This document shows, piece after piece, positions 35,534 through 42,788 of a stretch of DNA of 47,463 nt; position 1 is the stretch's first letter; the number at the start of each line of letters is the position of its first letter. The position numbers and the translations under genes are program-made. This stretch comes from an uncultured Brevinema sp. (lineage in GTDB: Bacteria; Spirochaetota; Brevinematia; Brevinematales; Brevinemataceae), in NCBI GenBank assembly GCA_947040475.1, contig CAMRBT010000001.1:1-47463 (forward strand), given 5' to 3'. The notes under the pieces are model-generated. The model did not search any database. It was given only the letters and a program-made list of their open reading frames with translations, and had not been told where the DNA came from.

Positions 35534-37162
35534 TTATATTCCTTTATTCGTGGTAAATTCACTATAAATTACAGACCCTTTTCTAAAAGCATCTATGATT
35601 CTATGACTTACAAGAGGATTTTTACTACTATATTTTTCTATTTCTGTATCATTTAATATTTCTGTCATCTTATTAATATCTTTACCTATTAATAATTGCC
35701 TTAATCTCATATCAATAAAAAAAGAATGAGCCGTTTTTAATTGTACGACTTTTACTTCTTTGATAATGTTATCTTTTACTAAGATCAATATATTAATATA
35801 GGTTCTATACAAACTGGAATCGCTGTTAATAATATAAGACATTTCGCCTTGAGTGTCCTCTGCTTGGAAAATATTTTTATTAAGGTCTATTTTTTGAACA
35901 CGATAATCAGGAAAAATTTCTGCTACAATATTCAGAAAATATTGATCTTCTCTTTGTTTGAAAGTATCATTAGGAAGAAAACTCACATTAATAAGAACAC
36001 TAGTTATCATCAACAAACCAATACTAATTCTTATAACATATCTTTTTGATATTTTAAATCTTGATTTGAAATTTTGAAAGGTATTGATTGTTAGTTTAGG
36101 GGTTCCAAAAACAGATCTTTTGGAAATAATTTCTATTAAAGAAGCACTAATATTCATTATTATTGCAGCAAAAATATGATTAATAACATAGTTAGATCTA
36201 AAAAACATCATTGAAGCGATTATGGCAGTAATAATAGTAGCAATATATCTGCCTCTTTTATTATTAATAGGAATATTGCTAGCAATAATAAATACAGCAA
36301 AAAACCATAAAGAGAGATTGTATACAAATCCTTGTATTAAAATATTCATCGCATTAGGAGTGCCTATGAGTTGAAAATAATAGATTAATAAAAAAACAAA
36401 GCTATACAGTATAGGTATAACAGGATCTATAATTTTATTGAAAGATAACAGTACATAAGCTAATAAAACAATGACAATAGAGCCAAGCCCTATATTGTAA
36501 GAGTAAGGGCTAAGAATCATAGAGAATAAATTGCCAGAATTTTGTGTTAAACTGTCTGTATAATTTTTTATTAAATCGGTATAAGCTACAATACCATTAT
36601 TGTATAAAAATGCTTTTTCAGGTACTTCAGCAATAATATGATTTGCGTCTATTAATGCGGTTAAAAAAGAAGGATTCCCTAGTGTTGTATTAGCTTCTTG
36701 TATCATAGGAACAAGGTAAAATAAGGTGAAAGTTGGTTCACTCATATAGATAGAAACAGTGGTAGAGCCTGCTAATATTCCTAATAACACAGGAGAAATA
36801 ATAGGTCTTCCCTGTACTGATAGCACGCTAGAACCAACTATCATCATGACGATAACACCTAAAACATTAGCATAGATAGATATTTGAGGAGAAAGAATAA
36901 GAACGTAGCTAATTACAGATATATGCCATAATAAACTATTAAAAAAGAGTGCTTTGTTAAAAAATTGGTACACCCACACAATAATATATGCTGTAAAATA
37001 AGCAATACATAATTGTTTGAGGACACTATATCCAAAAAAGAACAGAGAACAGAACAAGACAAAATATAAAATCAAAAGATGTTTTTTGTGTTGATCTTCT
37101 ATTGTTCTTGTATGATGAAGAAAAGGTGCTTCAGAGACTACTTTATCAAAAACTTTAAGCAT
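35534..37162 (-). CDS. RnfD-like membrane domain fused to an RnfG-like periplasmic domain (divergent)
   Basis: The first ~360 aa are polytopic and colinear with RnfD (EAPFLHH ~ SSPYTH; ...FIIASNIPINNKRGRYI ~ FILTDPVTASTTNRGRLI). One further TM segment and a ~170-aa soluble tail follow, laid out like RnfG/NqrC. Confidence 0.5.
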   Translation of the reverse strand: MLKVFDKVVSEAPFLHHTRTIEDQHKKHLLILYFVLFCSLFFFGYSVLKQLCIAYFTAYIIVWVYQFFNKALFFNSLLWHISVISYVLILSPQISIYANVLGVIVMMIVGSSVLSVQGRPIISPVLLGILAGSTTVSIYMSEPTFTLFYLVPMIQEANTTLGNPSFLTALIDANHIIAEVPEKAFLYNNGIVAYTDLIKNYTDSLTQNSGNLFSMILSPYSYNIGLGSIVIVLLAYVLLSFNKIIDPVIPILYSFVFLLIYYFQLIGTPNAMNILIQGFVYNLSLWFFAVFIIASNIPINNKRGRYIATIITAIIASMMFFRSNYVINHIFAAIIMNISASLIEIISKRSVFGTPKLTINTFQNFKSRFKISKRYVIRISIGLLMITSVLINVSFLPNDTFKQREDQYFLNIVAEIFPDYRVQKIDLNKNIFQAEDTQGEMSYIINSDSSLYRTYINILILVKDNIIKEVKVVQLKTAHSFFIDMRLRQLLIGKDINKMTEILNDTEIEKYSSKNPLVSHRIIDAFRKGSVIYSEFTTNKGI

Positions 37163-38393
37163 TAGACTGATCCTTTATTATCATTTGACCCTCTTTGATG
37201 AGTTTTCCTAAGGGAATAAACGAGGGACAAACATAACTACATAAATTACAATTAATACATTCTTTCAAATGATTTTCCAAAGCTCTATCATATTCTTTAT
37301 GCTTTATAAAATCTACTAATTTTACTGGCTCAAGTCTAATAGGGCAAACTTCTACACAAGCGGAACAATAACTACAAAGTAATTCTTCTGGAGGAGTATT
37401 GGTTCCTTCAAAAATCATTATTGCATTCATATTTTTCGTAGTGCCTTTTTGTTTTTCTAATGGTAGCCCTTGAAGAGGGCCTCCAGAAAACATTACATAG
37501 GAATTTTCTAAGGAAAAAGGACGCATAAATTTAGCAATAGGAGTACCGATTTTTACACGAAAAATGCCATGTGATAGGCTATAAGCCCCATCTACTGCTA
37601 TTACTCTATCAGTCACTGGTTTATTATAAAATAAGGCTTCGTAAATAGCATAGAATACAGTAGGCGAAAACACCACCAATCCTGCATCAGAGCAAAGGTC
37701 TGATTTATTTAATTCTTTATTAAAAAGCTTATTAATCAGTAGTTTATCATCATTCAAAGGATAACAACTATCTAACTCTACCACTGTTTTTTTATCGTCA
37801 AAAATAAACTGTTCTATTGTGTCTTTAAGTTGTTTATCTTTGGAGATGGCAAAAACAATATTTTTAGCACCTAACATTAATCTTAATTGATGGGCTATCT
37901 GCATAATTTCTCTAGTTTTTTCTAATAAAAGTACATAGTCCCCTACAACAAAGGGCTCTCCATCAACAGCATTAATCACAATAGTTTCTATTTTACGTTG
38001 CTCATAAGCTTTTGTTACTTTTTCATGAATGGCATATTCGCTATCATATTCTTCTAATCCATTAATTCCAGCATCATATATTTTTTTGATTATAATATCT
38101 GCTGACAATCCCACAGGAGTGGTTAAGTCATATATTTTTGGAGTAATAGTTTTATCTCTTTCTAAAACAAGATATTGTTGTTCTTGATGTTGTTGTATTT
38201 CTTTTATTATTCCTGCTACAGGGCTATGAGTTAAAAGATGCTTTTGAGAATTAGAGGTTAAAACTTGTCCTTCAGAAACGAGATCACCTACAGAAACGTG
38301 AAGCTCACTATCAACAGTAATAAAATAAAAATCATGAATGTTATCATTTTGAATAGATTTATTTTTGCATCGATCTTGAGAAACTAGATTCAT
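37155..38393 (-). CDS. RnfC-like protein with two 4Fe-4S ferredoxin motifs (divergent)
   Basis: N-terminal barrel-sandwich motif VSVGDLVSEGQVL...HSPVAGIIKEI. Further motifs INAVDGEPFVVGDYVLL, SGGPLQG, and the two clusters CSYCSACVEVCP and CINCNLCSYVCP. I prefer the ATG at 38393 with AGGAG upstream over the GTG at 38420. Confidence 0.6.
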   Translation of the reverse strand: MNLVSQDRCKNKSIQNDNIHDFYFITVDSELHVSVGDLVSEGQVLTSNSQKHLLTHSPVAGIIKEIQQHQEQQYLVLERDKTITPKIYDLTTPVGLSADIIIKKIYDAGINGLEEYDSEYAIHEKVTKAYEQRKIETIVINAVDGEPFVVGDYVLLLEKTREIMQIAHQLRLMLGAKNIVFAISKDKQLKDTIEQFIFDDKKTVVELDSCYPLNDDKLLINKLFNKELNKSDLCSDAGLVVFSPTVFYAIYEALFYNKPVTDRVIAVDGAYSLSHGIFRVKIGTPIAKFMRPFSLENSYVMFSGGPLQGLPLEKQKGTTKNMNAIMIFEGTNTPPEELLCSYCSACVEVCPIRLEPVKLVDFIKHKEYDRALENHLKECINCNLCSYVCPSFIPLGKLIKEGQMIIKDQSNA

Positions 38394-38504
38394 TATTACT
38401 CCTATTTTCTTATAGAACACTTTCTATTATTATATCATATTAGCACAAAAAGTCAATATATTCAAAGTATTCTCATTAAATTTGTAAAAAAAATGAATAA
38501 TTCA

Positions 38505-38534
38505 TTTACAAAAGTGTCTATTATATAGTATAAT
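38505..38534 (+). promoter_or_regulatory. sigma70-type promoter for the 226-aa gene and recO
   Basis: TTTACA (38505-10), 18-nt spacer, TATAAT (38529-34). The -35 element is embedded in a palindrome. Confidence 0.45.
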
Positions 38535-38559
38535 TAGAAAATTAAACGAGGAGGTTTTC

Positions 38560-39240
38560 GTGGACAAAAATACGCAACAAAAAGAACAAGTGTCTCAAAA
38601 AACACATTCTCAGAAAAAAAAATATAAAAATAAATCTCATAAAAGAGATAATCACAAAAAAGATTCTAATACTCCTAAATGGGATATAGAAAAATCACCT
38701 CGTGATATAGAAATATCTGCAACAAAAGCTGATCTTATGAGTATTTTAGAAGATGTTGATCCTGATGAATTATTGATGACTTCTCTTGTACAACAAAGCA
38801 GAACAAAAGCTTTACCGACAATGGCTCCTAAAAAAGATCCTGTTAATTTGATGGATTCCTTTGATTCCATAGATCCCGAGAATCCTGAAAATCCAGATCA
38901 ACCTATTTCTGAAGATCCTACTGTAGTAAAAATAGATCTTACGCTAACTTGTCCTATTTGTGAAAAACCTATGCGAGAAATTATGTATGCTTTACATGAT
39001 TATGAGCATGATAGTTTGGCACATTTTGATTGTGTACACAAAAAAGTAATTGCTTCCGTTAAAGAAAAATTAACTCCCAATAGATATCTTGCTTATTTAG
39101 GTAGTGGATCTTTTGGTATTATGGAATCTGGTAAAGATAAAAAATCAACACAACTCATCGAAAAAATATATCCTGGAGCACCTCTCGAAGAACTGCTTAG
39201 TGGTGATGATCAGCAAAAATTATTGGATGAAGAATTGTAA
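38560..39240 (+). CDS. Hypothetical protein with a Lys-rich basic N-terminus and a C-terminal Cys/His (Zn-ribbon-like) module
   Basis: GTG start with GGAGG 6 nt upstream. Motif CPICEKPM...HFDCVH. Its stop lies 2 nt before the recO start codon. Confidence 0.55.
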   Translation: MDKNTQQKEQVSQKTHSQKKKYKNKSHKRDNHKKDSNTPKWDIEKSPRDIEISATKADLMSILEDVDPDELLMTSLVQQSRTKALPTMAPKKDPVNLMDSFDSIDPENPENPDQPISEDPTVVKIDLTLTCPICEKPMREIMYALHDYEHDSLAHFDCVHKKVIASVKEKLTPNRYLAYLGSGSFGIMESGKDKKSTQLIEKIYPGAPLEELLSGDDQQKLLDEEL

Positions 39241-39242
39241 TA

Positions 39243-39887
39243 ATGCAAAGACTTTGTGAAGGTATTATTTTATCTAAAAAAGGTTTTGGTGAAGGACATT
39301 TGATTCTAAATTTTCTTGATTCTGAGTTTGGAAAGATTACCTTGACATCTTATGGATCTGCCTTAGAAACTGGCAAAAGACGAGCTTTGTTATTATCTGG
39401 ATCTTTTATAGAAGGACTCATCAAGACCGCTCCCAAAAATAATGATCGCTATTTATTAAGTGATACTAAAACGATTTTTTCCATGGATAACATCAGAGAA
39501 GACCTAAAACCTATGGGCTTTGCTTTTTTTACCTTAGAGATCTTAGATATGCTCATTATGGAAGGGGATCTTTTTCCTTATTATGCTGATTTATATACAG
39601 CATTCACCCTATTTGACCAAACTTTAGACGAAAAATATCTTCTCTTCTTTTTAGCTAAATTTTTGAATGGAGAGTCTTGGCTGGATATCCCAGAACAAGA
39701 TCGCTTGCAAGACCAAACAAAGCGATTTATTTTAGATTCACTTAGTCACCCTATAGAATTTCTTCAGGGTAAAAATATCTCTACTCCTCGTAGACATGAA
39801 TTATCTTACTTTTATGCTCATGCTGTCAAAAGAGCCAAAAATATTATGCCTCATTCTTTAGAATTATTACGCTTTCACGAATTTTAA
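39243..39887 (+). CDS. recO: DNA repair protein RecO
   Basis: 214 aa. The N-terminal OB-fold start (CEGIILSKKGFGEGHLILNFL..FGKITLTSYG) is typical of RecO. Confidence 0.75.
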   Translation: MQRLCEGIILSKKGFGEGHLILNFLDSEFGKITLTSYGSALETGKRRALLLSGSFIEGLIKTAPKNNDRYLLSDTKTIFSMDNIREDLKPMGFAFFTLEILDMLIMEGDLFPYYADLYTAFTLFDQTLDEKYLLFFLAKFLNGESWLDIPEQDRLQDQTKRFILDSLSHPIEFLQGKNISTPRRHELSYFYAHAVKRAKNIMPHSLELLRFHEF

Positions 39888-39895
39888 TCAAAAAA

Positions 39896-39918
39896 ACACC
39901 TTATAATAAGGTGTTTTT
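39896..39918. terminator. Bidirectional terminator between recO and the convergent lipoprotein gene
   Basis: Stem cacctta/taaggtg flanked by A7 and T6. Confidence 0.75.
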
Positions 39919-39935
39919 TATTTTTTAATTAATTA

Positions 39936-40394
39936 TTATTCAGCTTTTACAGTAGCTATGGGAACAAGATGTTCAAAAAAAACAGCCTCTTCGCTATTTT
40001 CTCCATTAGTAGTAGATATTAATAATACTCCTTCCTTCCCCATCGCTACATAGGTTTCAGGTCCTACCAATCGAAACAGTCCTTGATCTTCTAATTCTAA
40101 TCTTATAAACTGAGCTATGTGTTGTTCTACAGAGGGAGTAGTCTCTGTTGCTGGAACAAAAATTATATTAAGAGATCCGTCCCCTCTCATTTCTAATTCT
40201 GTTCCTTCTGCTACAGGACTCGTAAGATGCACACCAAACTCTCTTGTTATGAATCCTACTCCTGTTGTTTTACCTAAAGAATAACTGCCTGAAAGACCTC
40301 TCAGATATCCTTCTTCATCCAAATTAGGAGAACAACCCGTCATTCCCATCAAAATAGCAAGCACACAAACAAACTTCAACATTATATTTTTCAT
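39936..40394 (-). CDS. Small lipoprotein, paralogous family member A
   Basis: I prefer the ATG at 40394 with GGAGAG upstream. Lipobox LMGMTGC, followed by ..GYLRGLSGSYSL. Confidence 0.6.
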   Translation of the reverse strand: MKNIMLKFVCVLAILMGMTGCSPNLDEEGYLRGLSGSYSLGKTTGVGFITREFGVHLTSPVAEGTELEMRGDGSLNIIFVPATETTPSVEQHIAQFIRLELEDQGLFRLVGPETYVAMGKEGVLLISTTNGENSEEAVFFEHLVPIATVKAE

Positions 40395-40477
40395 ATGATA
40401 TCTCTCCATATACATCAGTATAAGACAGTGGGGCATATTTGTCAATGTTCTCTATCATAGCCAATAGAATAATACTA

Positions 40478-40852
40478 TTAAGTTGTTTTCATTCCAAATA
40501 AAGTGATAGTCGTGAAATCAACTTCTTGATAGTTTGTACTACTATTACCCATATATAACATATCTGTTTGATAAAAAACAGGAACATATCCCACGCCATA
40601 ATTAGAGTCAATAATATAGTATGTCGCTTTATTTGGTGAAAAAACATGATGTAATTGATAAATCAAGTTTCCTTCTTGAGAGATATTTCCATAATGATCT
40701 ACGGTAGCCATATCTCCCGGCACTCTATAACTCTTATAAATTCCTTGTATATTATTAATATATTCTTTTTCTGCTGAAATAGAACAGGAAGAAATGATTA
40801 CAGATAGCATTGATAATATAAGAATAGTAAAAGATCTGATTATTATTTTCAT
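40478..40852 (-). CDS. Small lipoprotein, family member B
   Basis: Lipobox VIISSC, followed by EYINNIQGIYKS. Confidence 0.6.
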   Translation of the reverse strand: MKIIIRSFTILILSMLSVIISSCSISAEKEYINNIQGIYKSYRVPGDMATVDHYGNISQEGNLIYQLHHVFSPNKATYYIIDSNYGVGYVPVFYQTDMLYMGNSSTNYQEVDFTTITLFGMKTT

Positions 40853-40973
40853 AAATTGTTTCTCCTAAATCTTCATAGTTATAATATAGAAATATTTATA
40901 AAAAAAATGAAATGAAATTAGACATTATATTTTAATAAGAGTATTTTTATATTATAAATGGGGGGGAGATCTT

Positions 40974-41309
40974 ATGAAATTAAAGATATTACTCGGACTT
41001 TTACTATTATGTGGGATTGGTATCAATTTTTCTTATCTATTCAATTCATCAAATCAAAATATTGAGGGAGTTTATCGTATTGCAAATACTCATAACGCTC
41101 TCACCATCACAGATTCAAAACAACTCGTCTATAATAATAAAATTATAGGTTCTTTTATCGCTCACAAAAACAATTTAGAAGTATATAAATTAGTGGACGA
41201 TAGATTTTTATATTTATCTTCAAAAAACAATACTAATATTCTTATTTCTAAGACCTACAAATGGAATCTTTATCCTCTTTATTTCCCTCTTCAAGGAGTC
41301 TTATTATGA
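40974..41309 (+). CDS. Small secreted protein or lipoprotein, family member C
   Basis: Signal sequence LLGLLLLCG, followed by NQNIEGVYRI. SD GGGGGAG lies upstream. Confidence 0.55.
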   Translation: MKLKILLGLLLLCGIGINFSYLFNSSNQNIEGVYRIANTHNALTITDSKQLVYNNKIIGSFIAHKNNLEVYKLVDDRFLYLSSKNNTNILISKTYKWNLYPLYFPLQGVLL

Positions 41310-41659
41310 ATAAATCATTATTATTATCAACAATCTTATTTTTATTTTTAACATCTTGCAGTGGCGCTGCTCATCTTTTTAGAGAAAATGCTCAAGGAAC
41401 TTATCAATTATTATCAGATCCTTCTGTACAATTTTCTATAGATACTACGGGAAGTATGGCTGGAACTCCAGAAACACAAATGTTTTTTTATCAAGGTATA
41501 TCAGAAAGCGAAGCTATTTACACTAAAAAAGTTGATCGTATTAAACATTATGTACCTATTAGGCTAGATGGTCTTACTTTATATTATAATACTCCTCAAA
41601 AATCATCTCATAGTGTATCTTTTAACAACATGGTTCCTTATGCAAAAAAAATTTCCTAA
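41306..41659 (+). CDS. Small lipoprotein, family member D
   Basis: The ATG at 41306 forms an ATGA overlap with the previous stop. Lipobox FLTSC, followed by HLFRENAQGTYQL. Confidence 0.6.
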   Translation: MNKSLLLSTILFLFLTSCSGAAHLFRENAQGTYQLLSDPSVQFSIDTTGSMAGTPETQMFFYQGISESEAIYTKKVDRIKHYVPIRLDGLTLYYNTPQKSSHSVSFNNMVPYAKKIS

Positions 41660-41694
41660 GTAATTATAAGATAACTAAAATTGGGGGAATTAAC

Positions 41695-42201
41695 ATGAAT
41701 CTATTTACTCATAAAAAAATTATTATTATCAGTGTTTCTATCATAATAAACGCTATTATCACCGCCTGTAGTGTAAACACAGACTCTATCAACCCAGAAG
41801 ATGAGGTTTATTTGTCCTTTGTTTTTGGGCAATATACCCTTAGTGAAGCTGGAGCTACTTTATTAAATACAGCAGACAATTATTTCGTTAATTCACCAAA
41901 TCCTTTATATAGTACAAAAGATGCATTTACGATGAATAATTTTGGATATGCTGATATTTATATAGGTGTCGCAAGGGTTACTCTTCAATTCCAACATGCT
42001 ATCGTAGATGATGCTAACTCAGCAGTATTTGAAGTTATCAATCCTAGCCCAGAAAATTCAGGTGCTCTCATTAAAAATAATAGATATCTAAAAATAAAAT
42101 TCGATAACAACACCAATCTCATATTTTCTTCTCAATATACTGACACTCCTCAAGATGCTGAAAAACTAAGCACAAGTCTCCTCTTCTCTACTCGATTATA
42201 A
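41695..42201 (+). CDS. Small lipoprotein, family member E
   Basis: Lipobox IITAC, followed by EVYLSFVFGQYTL. SD GGGGGA lies upstream. Confidence 0.6.
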   Translation: MNLFTHKKIIIISVSIIINAIITACSVNTDSINPEDEVYLSFVFGQYTLSEAGATLLNTADNYFVNSPNPLYSTKDAFTMNNFGYADIYIGVARVTLQFQHAIVDDANSAVFEVINPSPENSGALIKNNRYLKIKFDNNTNLIFSSQYTDTPQDAEKLSTSLLFSTRL

Positions 42202-42333
42202 TAATAAAAACTTATATATTAACTATATTTTATTTTTTATAATTTACTCATGTATTTCTAAATAAATCCGAAACTATACTATGGTAACACTGATGTTATT
42301 TAGATAGAAATTTCTTTTTGAAAGAGGGAAAAC

Positions 42334-42675
42334 ATGCAAATAGTAGGTCAACAAGCGTCTTTAGCGATGAATAGAAGTCAAACTCATGAGTTTGCCCAGC
42401 TAAAAAACAAAGCTTTAGATGATAAAAAAATCAAAGAAGTATCTCAAGAATTTGAATCATTATTTATAGAAATGATGTTTAAAGAAATGAGAAAAACACT
42501 TGATAATAAAAGTTTGTCCGGAAAAGAATCTCCTGGACAAGAAATTTTTGGAGATATGCTCTACACAGAGTACGCAAAAAACACTTCTAAAATTGGTGGA
42601 TTCGGTCTTGCTCAAATGATAGAAAACTCCTTAAATCCTCAAATTCAAGAAAGATCTATTTATTCATATAAATAA
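42334..42675 (+). CDS. Flagellar rod-binding protein (FlgJ N-terminal domain-like)
   Basis: 113 aa. Motif EFESLFIEMMFKEMRKT matches the rod-binding domain signature (FE..F...ML..MR). It has no muramidase domain. Confidence 0.75.
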   Translation: MQIVGQQASLAMNRSQTHEFAQLKNKALDDKKIKEVSQEFESLFIEMMFKEMRKTLDNKSLSGKESPGQEIFGDMLYTEYAKNTSKIGGFGLAQMIENSLNPQIQERSIYSYK

Positions 42676-42731
42676 AAAAAGGAAATGTTTTAAAAAATAA
42701 TTAAATAAAAGCTAATTATTTTTTAAATTGA

Positions 42732-42761
42732 TCCGAAAATTCATTAAGTGCAAGGAAGCAC
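42732..42761 (+). promoter_or_regulatory. Candidate sigma28-type -10 element plus leader hairpin presenting GGA (CsrA-like site) upstream of flaB3
   Basis: TAAT (42713-16), N15, tCCGAAAa (42732-39). Hairpin gtgc-AAGGAA-gcac at 42748-42761. SD GGAGGA at 42779-84. Confidence 0.4.
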
Positions 42762-42788
42762 GGAATATGATACATCATGGAGGATGTT

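Noticed and set aside
35533-35562. Longer N-terminal extensions offered by the ORF track: GTG 35562, GTG 38420, TTG 47386, ATG 7758, ATG 18965, ATG 10892, ATG 23508, ATG 24177, ATG 40445, ATG 41261, ATG 42777
   Set aside because: In each case an internal ATG preceded by a good SD gives a product whose N-terminus matches homologues or a proper signal peptide or lipobox. The longer forms would overlap upstream genes or add non-homologous residues.
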